DNA from: a virus
Length of the DNA stretch: 49,355 bases
Virus record (IMG/VR): IMGVR_UViG_3300037458_000975
Strand: one strand, 5' to 3'
A program made the position numbers and the translations under genes. The notes below the pieces were generated by a model that worked only from the letters and a program-made list of their open reading frames with translations, ran no database searches and had not been told where the DNA came from. Positions 15,432 to 24,201 of the stretch are shown one piece after another (the first letter of the stretch is position 1; each line of letters starts with the position of its first letter).

Positions 15432-16186
15432 ACTCCCCCCTCGACTTCCGCCTGCCGAACATCCGCAAGATGTTCATCCCCGATCCCGGCTACACCATCC
15501 TCGACATTGACCAGCGCGGGGCGGACGCTCAGGTCGTCGCCTGGGAAGCCGACGACGCACAACTCAAGGAGGCCTTCCGTGCCGGACTCAAAATCCACGC
15601 AGTTAACGCTAAAGATCTCTTTGGGAACAACGCCGGCCCTGACGGTAAGCGTGAACCCTACTACACCCGGGCCAAGTCTGGAGTTCACCTTACCAATTAC
15701 GGGGGCAAAGCTCGGACTTTGGCAGCTACTCTTGGACTCACTGTCCACGAGGCCGAGTGGTTTCAGCGACGATGGTTCGAGCTGCACCCCGGAGTTCGGG
15801 ACTGGCACAATCGAGTTCGCGCTCAGCTCCAAGCCGAGCGTTCTGTGCGCAACGCTTTCGGTTACCGTCGCTTCTATTTCGAGCGAATCGACGACCGAAC
15901 GCTCAATCAGGCGCTTGCTTGGATTCCCCAGTCAACCGTCGCAATCGTAACCAATCGCGCCTGGACCAACATTGACGAGCAGCTCGACCCGCTGGTCCAG
16001 GTGCTGCTGCAAGTCCACGACTCCCTCGTCCTGCAGACCCCAACCTCCCGCCTCGCCGAAGCCAAGCGCAAGCTCCTCCCCCTTATCCAGATCCCCGTAC
16101 CATACCCTGATCCGTTAACCATCCCCTGGGGTATCAAGTCCTCCGGGGTCTCGTGGGGTGACTGTCAAGACGACAGTTGGGAATAA
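15428..16186 (+). CDS. DNA polymerase, family A, part 2 (palm/fingers, motifs A-C)
   Basis: ATGA overlap in the -1 frame relative to part 1. Motif A region: IRKMFIPDPGYTILDIDQRGADAQVVA. Motif B: RAKSGVHLTNYGG. Motif C: QVHDSLVLQ. Confidence 0.9.
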   Translation: MNSPLDFRLPNIRKMFIPDPGYTILDIDQRGADAQVVAWEADDAQLKEAFRAGLKIHAVNAKDLFGNNAGPDGKREPYYTRAKSGVHLTNYGGKARTLAATLGLTVHEAEWFQRRWFELHPGVRDWHNRVRAQLQAERSVRNAFGYRRFYFERIDDRTLNQALAWIPQSTVAIVTNRAWTNIDEQLDPLVQVLLQVHDSLVLQTPTSRLAEAKRKLLPLIQIPVPYPDPLTIPWGIKSSGVSWGDCQDDSWE

Positions 16187-16188
16187 CA

Positions 16189-16216
16189 ACCGGGGGAATC
16201 CTATGGGTTCCCCCCG
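16189..16216 (+). promoter_or_regulatory. GC-rich hairpin without U-tract
   Basis: ccgggggaa-tcctatggg-ttccccccgg lies between polymerase part 2 and the next gene. Its function is unknown (processing site or pause). Confidence 0.3.
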
Positions 16217-16234
16217 GGCATAACGGAGTCCACC

Positions 16235-17425
16235 TTGCGTCGTTGTCAGGACTGGCTCAAATCCTTCGTCGAGTTCGGGAGCTATGGGGAAGCTCCGCTG
16301 AAGATGATCTTTTGGACCGGGGTCAGTGCCATCGCGGGCGCCTTGCGCCGCCGGGTCTGGATCGATCAGCGGTTCTTCACTTGGGTACCGAACTTCTACA
16401 TCATCCTCGTCGCCCCTCCAGGAGTTGTCTCGAAGTCCACCACCGCGAACATCGGGATGAACCTGCTCCGGCAGATCCCCGACATCCGCTTCGGGCCGGA
16501 TGTGGTGACCTGGCAGTCGCTGGTGACCTCGTTCGCGGAGTCGGCGGAGTCCTTCCAACTGCCCTCCGGCGACTGGGAGACCATGTCCTCCCTCACCATC
16601 TCAAGCGACGAGCTCGGCACCTTCCTCAACCCGAACGACCGCGAGATGATCGACGTGCTCGTGTCGCTGTGGGATGGCAAGAAAGGCACATTCCGCAAGC
16701 AAACCAAGATGTCCGGGAATGACACCATTCAAAACCCCTGGATCAACATCATCGGCTGCACCACGCCGAGCTGGATCGCCGAGAACGTCCCGGAGTATAT
16801 GATCGGCGGGGGCTTCGTGTCCCGCTGCGTTTTCATCTACACCGACAAGAAGCGCCAATTCGTCCCCTACGTCGATGAAGCCGTCCCAGCCGAGTTTGGC
16901 GATCTCCGCTCGAGCTTGGTCCACGACCTCGAGGAAATGTCCACCCTGTGCGGGGAGTTCCAGATATCGGAGCCCGCCCGCGAGTGGGGCCGGACGTGGT
17001 ACACTGACCACTGGCAGAAAGGCCGCGAGGGGCTCGACACGGAGCAGTTCGCCAACTACCTCTCTCGCAAGCAGACCCACCTCCACAAGCTCGCGATGAT
17101 CCTCTCCGCAAGCCAGGGCAACACCCTCCTGATCGAGCCCCACCACCTCCAGCACGCCGAGGCCATGCTGTCCTCGATCGAACCGGACATGCACAAGGTG
17201 TTTGCCCGGATCGGCAAGTCCGAGGTGACGAAGGCGACCGCGGAGATCCTCGACCGGCTCGACGGCTACCCCATCCCGAAGGAGACGCTGTTCCGCCGGA
17301 TGATGCACTCCGTCACGATCCGCGAGTTCGACGAGGCCCTCGCCGGTGTATGTGCCAGCGGGATGGCCCGGATCGTCTACCGGGAGAACGAAGTCCTCGT
17401 CGTAAGGAACGTCGTCAATGGCTAA
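16235..17425 (+). CDS. P-loop NTPase, putative replicative helicase/primase-associated protein (DUF3987-like)
   Basis: TTG start with GGAG 7 nt upstream. Walker A-like LVAPPGVVSKSTT and Walker B-like MIDVLVSLWDG. Size and position fit the helicase of the replication module. The family call is from memory. Confidence 0.5.
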   Translation: MRRCQDWLKSFVEFGSYGEAPLKMIFWTGVSAIAGALRRRVWIDQRFFTWVPNFYIILVAPPGVVSKSTTANIGMNLLRQIPDIRFGPDVVTWQSLVTSFAESAESFQLPSGDWETMSSLTISSDELGTFLNPNDREMIDVLVSLWDGKKGTFRKQTKMSGNDTIQNPWINIIGCTTPSWIAENVPEYMIGGGFVSRCVFIYTDKKRQFVPYVDEAVPAEFGDLRSSLVHDLEEMSTLCGEFQISEPAREWGRTWYTDHWQKGREGLDTEQFANYLSRKQTHLHKLAMILSASQGNTLLIEPHHLQHAEAMLSSIEPDMHKVFARIGKSEVTKATAEILDRLDGYPIPKETLFRRMMHSVTIREFDEALAGVCASGMARIVYRENEVLVVRNVVNG

Positions 17426-17759
17426 GAAATGGCAACGCCTCGTATCCCGCATCCGGCTGGAGGGCTATTGCTGCCCCCACTCGTTCTTCCGGGAACACGA
17501 CCGCTGGGATTCCCGCTACATCGCGGAGGATCTCGAAATGACCAAACGCGCGGTCCAGTTCTGGCGCGCCAAGTACCGGGCCGGTGCCCTGCTGTGCGAG
17601 CGCAACACGGCCTGTACCCTCACTCCTTCGGAGCGCGGAAGGACTCCTCTACCTCCCGGTAGGTATTGCGATATTTCCGCTGTCCCGGTTGTGCCGCGGT
17701 TTCCTGTTGCATCGTCCGACGACGAGCCTCAAACGAATCCCGAAGAACCTTCGGAGTGA
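17418..17759 (+). CDS. small putative HTH protein (113 aa)
   Basis: It overlaps the previous stop by 8 nt. IAEDLEMTKRAVQFWRAKY is HTH-like. The last ~46 codons overlap the convergent giant gene and look low in complexity. Confidence 0.35.
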   Translation: MAKKWQRLVSRIRLEGYCCPHSFFREHDRWDSRYIAEDLEMTKRAVQFWRAKYRAGALLCERNTACTLTPSERGRTPLPPGRYCDISAVPVVPRFPVASSDDEPQTNPEEPSE

Positions 17760-20700
17760 TCTTGAGCCTCGCATCCGGCACCCGGCTGTTATAGCGCTCG
17801 ATCATCTTCTTCACATCCGCCTGCCCTTCTCGGTCGTCGTAGATCCTCGCCTTGAAGTAGGCCTCCGTGATCTGGCGCTGTTGCGCCATCCAGTACTCCC
17901 GCGTGACGAACTGCTCGAACCGGATCTCCCGCTCAACCGAGGGACCAACCGGCTGGAACCCAAGTCCCCGCATCAGGATCTCCGTCGGGGTTGGCTTGTA
18001 GATCACGCCCTCTCCGGGTCCGCGCACTCCTCCCTCCGCGGCCCAGCGATAGGCCGTCGCCGCACTGCCAGCGGCTCCCGGCATCCGCGAGGCGAGCTCG
18101 CGCGGGGCCATCCCCTCATTCGGCACCCCGTACATCCCAGTCCACACCGCCTTCACAAACCCTCCGAGCGGCCCCATCCAGTCCAGCACAAACGCCCCGA
18201 GATCCTGCAGGGGCTTGCCGGAGCTGAACAGCTTGTCCGTCCCTGGGATGATCCGGCCGAGGCCAATCGACCGGCTGATATCATAGCCTGGCAGGACCTT
18301 CCCATGCCCCAGTCCGTGCATCACCAGCGCCGGGTCAACCTCGAGGGTCTCCTTGACAAACTCCCTCGCGTCCTGCCGAGCGGTCTTCCCGAACATCTTC
18401 CGCCACAGGATGTCCAGCAGATCGAACAGGTTCTCCGCACCCGGCAGTCCCTCGAGCCCGGCCAGCAACAACATCAGCAGATTGATCCGCAGGGTGTAGC
18501 TCTGGTACAGCTTCGGCAGCGGGATCTGCTTCCCACCCAGCTCCGCATTCTCCTCGTTCGCGAACTTGATCTGTGCTCGCAGTCCCCGCTCATACCCTCC
18601 CCACGCGTGCCAGGCCATATGCTGGGTCCACTGCGCGAAGATGAACAGGATCGACTTGTTCCCGCGGAGCAGCTTCGGCCGGTTGACCGTCGTGTAGTCG
18701 TTCTGCAGTAGGCTGGTCTGCTGGGCCGCGTTGAGGAAGGACTCGTTGACTGATTCCCCCATCTCCCGGTGCATCCGATACTGCAACAAGAACGTCGTCA
18801 TCCTCGCCATGTTTTCGGTCCAGGCGAACGGCATCATCCCGTAGTGCATGAAGGCTTCCTTCACCCCCTGCATTGCGGTCCCGACTGCCCCCGGCATCCT
18901 CTCATACATCCGGGAGGTGCCACCTGCGTTCGCCTGGCTCGCGAGGTAGTACGCATACGACTGATCCACCACCCCCTCGCGGATCGCCCGCATCAGGGCC
19001 TCACTCTCCTCGACCGCCCGGAGCTGCGCTTCGCTCGGCTGCGTGCCGGCGGCTTCCGCCCGCTGCACCTCAAGCCTCGCCTGCATGATCTTCTCCGGGT
19101 TGAGCCAGGCCGAACGGAGTGCCGCCATTGCCTTCACCGTCTCCGCCGTCCCTCGCGCCACTCCCAGCCGGGTCGTCGCATCAACCCAAGTCGTCATCAT
19201 TCCGTTCAGATTCAGCAGCGCCGTCTTGACATTGAAGGCGAGGAACCCCGTGCTGACGATCGCCCGGAGCACGTGTAGCTCGTGCGACGGACTCATCACA
19301 TAGTCCTTCGTCTCCCGCGCGAACTCCAGCAGCCGTTCGATCTCGGTCTTCTGCGCGACCTGCTCCGGGGTGATCCCGGCGAGCTTCTCAAACGCATTGA
19401 TCTGCGAGCGGATATCGTTCAGATCCTGCTGCAACATCCAGTTATACCGAAACTTCGCGATCGCGTTCGCCTGGTGCCACGTGAAGCTTGCGATCACCCG
19501 CTGAAGGTTCTTCGACCCACCCTGGACCGAATACGATTCCTTGAACCGCGCGAGCAGCTTGTCCTTCTTCCCCGGCAACATCAAGTTCCGCAGCTTCTCC
19601 GCGTCCTCTTCCGACAGCACCATCTCCCGGACTGCGTCCTCGAAGAACTCGAGCGGCAGGTTCATCAGCACCGCGACTCGGTCGGGGACTTCCTGGAACT
19701 CAACGTTCCCGACTCCGTGCTTCCGTACCAGCTCCGGCACCCGCTTCTCGTACTCCTCCCTCGACTCGAACGCCTCCTTCCGCACGAGGGTTCGGACAAG
19801 TTCACCCTCCTGATCCGGCACCATCGCGTAGACCAGCGCAACATAGTTCCCGAACCACGCCTGCGGCAGAAACGGCACGCTCCGCAACTCCGCCATCTGC
19901 CGGTTGAGCGCGTTGTATTCGAGGACCTGGGCCTCATACTTCGAGAACCTCGCGGGGATGCGGCCGGCCAGCGCGTGCGCGGTGTGGAAGTAGTAGTCAT
20001 CGAAGAGCTGCACCGCCTCCACGAACAGCTTCGCCGTCGTCCTGCCCGCATCTGTCTCGTCCGTGATCCCGAGCCTCTCCAGAAACAGCTTCGTCTGCTC
20101 CGTCGGGATCGCGGTGCGCTGCTCGAGCCCCGCGAACCGGCTTGCCCCCTGCCGGGGCTGCCAGTCCACCATCCACTCTCCCCCGACGAAGTGCTCCGCC
20201 AGCGCCCGCTCCAGCCTCGCCGCGTGCTCCTTCGGCAGTTTCCCCATCGCCTGGAGGAAGTTCTGGGCCTGCTTGTGCAGCGGCGCCGCATGGCGCGTGT
20301 AGGACATCAGATCCGTCGTGAACGAGCTGAGCCCCGGCACCTCCGGGTGCATCCATGCCTTCTGCTGTAGCTGCAGCGTGTGATCCGCGATCTTGTCGAA
20401 CCACCGCAGCGCCTTTCGAGCGATCCCCCCATCCTTCCAGGCCCGCAGCACCGAGATCTTCGCGGAGCCATCGGCGGTTGCCTGCTCGAAATCCGGATCG
20501 GTGTTGACGTCGAGGTGCATCTTCGGGGAGTCGCTGTACGTCATGGACTTCGACGACTTGACCTGCTCCGGCCGAAAGGCAACCCACGAGATGTCGCCCT
20601 CGACCAGGTTCAGGTAGACAAGCCCGTCGTGCCCCCGCTGTTCGAGAAACTGGCGGATTGGGACGAAAATCTCATAGTTGTTAACCGGACTAGGCCCCCC

Positions 20701-23700
20701 CAGCACATAGTCGATTACGATGGTTACTTGATCATACAGGGTACTACTTTCTTGCGGCGTAATCACCCCGCGCGTCTCGAGGAACTTGATCATCCCCGCG
20801 GGGCTCTGCCACATATAGGCCTCTTCTACCCCTACCCACAGCGGATTCCGCAGGTTGAGGAACGCGGGGATGATGTTGGCTTTTAGCGAGTCGGTCGCTT
20901 CGCCGAGGTATACCAGCTTCAAGGTTATTGGGTCCACCGTAAAGGCCTGTCCTGCGGTACTCACCGTCGCCTTCTTCAGCACCTTCCCCTGCGTTTCGAA
21001 CCAGTCCTGTGCCGCCGCCAGGGTTTGAAACTGTGTCTGCGCCAGCCGATTATGCGCCGCCCGCAGCGACCCAAAGTGGAACCCGATATCTTCACTCTTC
21101 TTAAACATTTCATAGTCCGCTCGCGTCCCGTGAAACACCTGCAACGGCACGCTTCCCGAACTCAGCACAGAGATCGACCCAACCTGGGCCTCCCGCGGAA
21201 AGAGCATACCAGAGCGGACCTTGCTACTGCCCTGCGGATCGGCTTCCCAATCCCCGAACCACCCCTTGAAGAATGGGCTCTTCGTGCCCTGCTCAGCCCA
21301 CAGCCGGGTCGCATACGCCCGAACCTCCGGACGAAGCGCGTCTTCCTCGGTCAGAGTCGGGCTTGCCTGATACCCCAGAATTTTTCGCTCGGTCGCTCCC
21401 GCGTGCTCGACGTACCCCACTCCGAGCTCCGCCAGCCGATCCCGCTCCTCCGTCGACAGGTCAAAGTGCACATCCTTCCCAATCTTCTCCCCTATGTAGG
21501 CCGCAACGTCGTCCCAGTACCCGCTGTTAATCCAATCGACGAGCATCTTGAAGTCCCGATGCTTCGGCCCGAAAGTCGGATCAACCGCCTTGATCTGCGC
21601 GATCGCCCACTTCTTGTTCCGCTCCCCCTGCAGCTCCTCCCGTGTCGCCGATTCCTGCAGCGCCGCCGCGAGCTGCTCCTCCTTCGTCAGCACCGGCTCC
21701 GCCACCACCGGCTTGCCCTTCTTCGGCTTCGCCTGCGCGGGCTTCAGTTCGAGCTGCGACACGAACCCCGGGCTCTTCGCTGCGAGGTATCCCGTCAGCC
21801 ACTCCTCGAACTTCACCCCTGGCTTCAGCTTGACCACAAGGGGGTTGCCCTGCGTATCCTTGACCGGCGCCCCCATCGGCAGATAGCTCTTCGTCTGCTT
21901 GTCCCAGACCGGCATCGTGACCTGCACACCGTCCGTCTTGAGCATGACGTACATCCGGCGGAAGGCCTCGACCGCCGATCTCCAGAACCCCTGCGATCTC
22001 GGCGCTGTCTCCGGCACGTTCCGCAGGAACGCATACCGCGCGAGCTGCTCCGACATATACTCATTGATGCTGGCGATGTGCTGCTGCACCCACTCGCGGT
22101 TCTGCTCCGGGGTCGAGGCCGAGCCCTGCGCCATCTTCGCCATCATCATCAGGTACTGCAGCGCGGGCATCGCCTCTGTCGCACGGCGGGCTCCCTCCGC
22201 CTTTGCCGACTTCGTATCATACCCTTCCCGAATGAGCTGCTCCGTGATCTCCCGCGAGGCGAGGGTTTGCTGCATCGCCTTGGCCGGAGCGGCCCACTCG
22301 TTCCGGAACTCCGCGAGGGTCATCTGCCCACCCATCAGTCGGGCATAGCGCTCCTGGTACTCCAGCACAACCGCCCCGGCTTCTGGCGACATCTTGCTGA
22401 GGATTTCCGGCCCGAGCTGGTGCGCCATCAAGTGCGCTTGATTCCGCTCCATCGGGTCGGTCAGGTTTTGAAACAGCGACTCCACGAGGAACGCATGGCC
22501 GAACTCGTGCATCGCGGTGTTCTGCCACTGCAGCAGCCGGCTGAACGTCGCGTTCGAGTTGAAGTTGATCCGGAACGAGCCGTCCGGGTTCCGCGAGGTC
22601 TGCCGTTCGAACCCCGGCAGTTCCTTCGGGACAATGTAGAACGCCTGCGGGCCGAGGTTGATGTGGACCCCATTTACTCCCCGTCCGAGGCTCTGCGTCC
22701 CAATGAACACAGCCCGATCCGGCATCACCACCTTGCGGAACGCCTCGATCACGTCCACCAGCGCGGTCATCGCCAGCGGGCTTCGCCCGAACGTGTCTCC
22801 GAGAGTGCCGACAACGTGAGTGCCCGGGGTAAACTCCACACTTCCCACCGGGCGATTTACCATCTCCGGCACCGAGCTGATCGCGATCGACTGCTTCAGC
22901 GGATCAACCCCGTCGTTCGGGTTCTCCCCGACCTTCTTCGGCTGGGTCGGATGGTAGGCGTCTTGGACTCGCTGCTGCGCATCCCGCAGCTGGTCAACGA
23001 TCGGAGCCATCGACGGGGTTGCGACCTCTGGCGTTTCCTCGATCTGCTTCGCCTGCTGATGCAGCTCCGTCGGGGTGGCCGGAGTTTCGTCCACCGGGAT
23101 CGTCGCCAGGATCTCGTCCAGGCTCCGCTCCGCCCCCAGTTGCTGATCCGCGATCTCCCGTGCTCGTTGCTCCGAGACGGTCTCGGCGACTGCCTGGCCC
23201 TGCAGCACCTGCTCAACCGGCGTCTGCGGCACCGTCGCCGGCTGCCCCATCCGACGCAGTTCCCTCGCCGCATCCCGCTCTTCGAGGGCGTTCTTAACGC
23301 TGGGCGGGATCGAGTCATAGACCCGCTGGGCTGCCCGCTGCTTCGCGGTGAGGTGGCCGAGCGGGGCGTAGATCGTCCCACCAAGCGCCCCCGCAAGGCC
23401 CGCCTGCAGCGAGCTTACCAGCACATCTTCCCAAGACAGCGACGGATCATAGCTGTACTTTGCGTCCGTTGTCTGAATTGCCTGGGTAATGAATTCCTGC
23501 AGTGCCTCCGCGCCCATTACTTCCGCTGCTCGTTGTAGCAGTTTCGGTCCGGTTCGCATCATGACCTTCATCGGGAGCATCTCGAGTGCCCCCTCCGTCA
23601 CCCCAGCAAAGCCTGCCGCACGCCCCGCCGCTCGGGCATCCCCGGTCAGCCGTTCTGCCTCCCCGTAGGTCGCTCCGGCCTGCATCGCTCCGCCACCACC

Positions 23701-24174
23701 GAGACCCACCGCTAGTCCCAACGCCGGGCTCTTCGTCAGCGCAGCCACCCCTAGACCAGCAATCGTGGACGGAGCACTCTCTGCAATGCTTCCGACTACA
23801 CCACCCCAGAAGCCTTCCTGCCCCGCCGGACGTGCCGCGGCTGTCTCCGCTGCTGCCTGTTCCGCGAGCGGTTTCAGCCCCGCCGCTTCGTTCTGCTGCT
23901 TGAGGTATTCCTGCCCCGCGGGCGACTCGGGATACTTCGCCGCTTGCTCCGCCATCCCGCCTTCCTGCATCGACTGCAGTCCGGGCTCAACGAGCATCCG
24001 TTGGAAGTTGATTGCTGCCTCTTTCGCGGCCGGAACAACCCTCCCCGGCACCGAGGCTAGCGATTCCCCGAACGAGGCCTCGCGGAATTGCGTGAGGGCT
24101 TCGGAGATCTGATCATCCGTCGCATCGTCGGGGAAGGAATACAGCCGCCCCTCGGCGGATACCGTTTTCGGCAC
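17620..24174 (-). CDS. giant polyvalent virion/ejection protein (2184 aa) with HExxH metallopeptidase motif and ART-like domain
   Basis: GTG start with AAAGGAG 7 nt upstream. HEFGH at aa 556-560 (nt 22495-22509). A segment at about aa 965-1210 reads FFKGWFGDW...VFHGT...GFHFGS...VEGDISWVAFRPEQVKS. The N-terminus is Gly/Ala-rich and hydrophobic, and the C-terminal third has hydrophobic helices. It is the last gene of the virion arm. Confidence 0.85.
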   Translation of the reverse strand: MPKTVSAEGRLYSFPDDATDDQISEALTQFREASFGESLASVPGRVVPAAKEAAINFQRMLVEPGLQSMQEGGMAEQAAKYPESPAGQEYLKQQNEAAGLKPLAEQAAAETAAARPAGQEGFWGGVVGSIAESAPSTIAGLGVAALTKSPALGLAVGLGGGGAMQAGATYGEAERLTGDARAAGRAAGFAGVTEGALEMLPMKVMMRTGPKLLQRAAEVMGAEALQEFITQAIQTTDAKYSYDPSLSWEDVLVSSLQAGLAGALGGTIYAPLGHLTAKQRAAQRVYDSIPPSVKNALEERDAARELRRMGQPATVPQTPVEQVLQGQAVAETVSEQRAREIADQQLGAERSLDEILATIPVDETPATPTELHQQAKQIEETPEVATPSMAPIVDQLRDAQQRVQDAYHPTQPKKVGENPNDGVDPLKQSIAISSVPEMVNRPVGSVEFTPGTHVVGTLGDTFGRSPLAMTALVDVIEAFRKVVMPDRAVFIGTQSLGRGVNGVHINLGPQAFYIVPKELPGFERQTSRNPDGSFRINFNSNATFSRLLQWQNTAMHEFGHAFLVESLFQNLTDPMERNQAHLMAHQLGPEILSKMSPEAGAVVLEYQERYARLMGGQMTLAEFRNEWAAPAKAMQQTLASREITEQLIREGYDTKSAKAEGARRATEAMPALQYLMMMAKMAQGSASTPEQNREWVQQHIASINEYMSEQLARYAFLRNVPETAPRSQGFWRSAVEAFRRMYVMLKTDGVQVTMPVWDKQTKSYLPMGAPVKDTQGNPLVVKLKPGVKFEEWLTGYLAAKSPGFVSQLELKPAQAKPKKGKPVVAEPVLTKEEQLAAALQESATREELQGERNKKWAIAQIKAVDPTFGPKHRDFKMLVDWINSGYWDDVAAYIGEKIGKDVHFDLSTEERDRLAELGVGYVEHAGATERKILGYQASPTLTEEDALRPEVRAYATRLWAEQGTKSPFFKGWFGDWEADPQGSSKVRSGMLFPREAQVGSISVLSSGSVPLQVFHGTRADYEMFKKSEDIGFHFGSLRAAHNRLAQTQFQTLAAAQDWFETQGKVLKKATVSTAGQAFTVDPITLKLVYLGEATDSLKANIIPAFLNLRNPLWVGVEEAYMWQSPAGMIKFLETRGVITPQESSTLYDQVTIVIDYVLGGPSPVNNYEIFVPIRQFLEQRGHDGLVYLNLVEGDISWVAFRPEQVKSSKSMTYSDSPKMHLDVNTDPDFEQATADGSAKISVLRAWKDGGIARKALRWFDKIADHTLQLQQKAWMHPEVPGLSSFTTDLMSYTRHAAPLHKQAQNFLQAMGKLPKEHAARLERALAEHFVGGEWMVDWQPRQGASRFAGLEQRTAIPTEQTKLFLERLGITDETDAGRTTAKLFVEAVQLFDDYYFHTAHALAGRIPARFSKYEAQVLEYNALNRQMAELRSVPFLPQAWFGNYVALVYAMVPDQEGELVRTLVRKEAFESREEYEKRVPELVRKHGVGNVEFQEVPDRVAVLMNLPLEFFEDAVREMVLSEEDAEKLRNLMLPGKKDKLLARFKESYSVQGGSKNLQRVIASFTWHQANAIAKFRYNWMLQQDLNDIRSQINAFEKLAGITPEQVAQKTEIERLLEFARETKDYVMSPSHELHVLRAIVSTGFLAFNVKTALLNLNGMMTTWVDATTRLGVARGTAETVKAMAALRSAWLNPEKIMQARLEVQRAEAAGTQPSEAQLRAVEESEALMRAIREGVVDQSYAYYLASQANAGGTSRMYERMPGAVGTAMQGVKEAFMHYGMMPFAWTENMARMTTFLLQYRMHREMGESVNESFLNAAQQTSLLQNDYTTVNRPKLLRGNKSILFIFAQWTQHMAWHAWGGYERGLRAQIKFANEENAELGGKQIPLPKLYQSYTLRINLLMLLLAGLEGLPGAENLFDLLDILWRKMFGKTARQDAREFVKETLEVDPALVMHGLGHGKVLPGYDISRSIGLGRIIPGTDKLFSSGKPLQDLGAFVLDWMGPLGGFVKAVWTGMYGVPNEGMAPRELASRMPGAAGSAATAYRWAAEGGVRGPGEGVIYKPTPTEILMRGLGFQPVGPSVEREIRFEQFVTREYWMAQQRQITEAYFKARIYDDREGQADVKKMIERYNSRVPDARLKITPKVLRDSFEARRRTMQQETAAQPGQRKYRNTYREVEESFRAPKE

Positions 24175-24201
24175 AGTAGACTCCTTTCGGGCGTCTTGAA
24201 A

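Noticed and set aside
15415-15435. Programmed -1 ribosomal frameshift joining the two polymerase ORFs
   Set aside because: There is no X XXY YYZ slippery heptamer and no obvious downstream stimulatory structure. ATGA coupling with a proper Met start fits a split gene better. A sequencing indel remains possible.
17584-23538. Long plus-strand ORFs (17584..18711, 19282..20370, 21025..23538) antisense to the giant gene
   Set aside because: The translations are Arg/Leu/Pro/His-rich, with no motifs and no RBS or coupling context. They are the usual stop-codon-poor antisense frames of a GC-rich gene.
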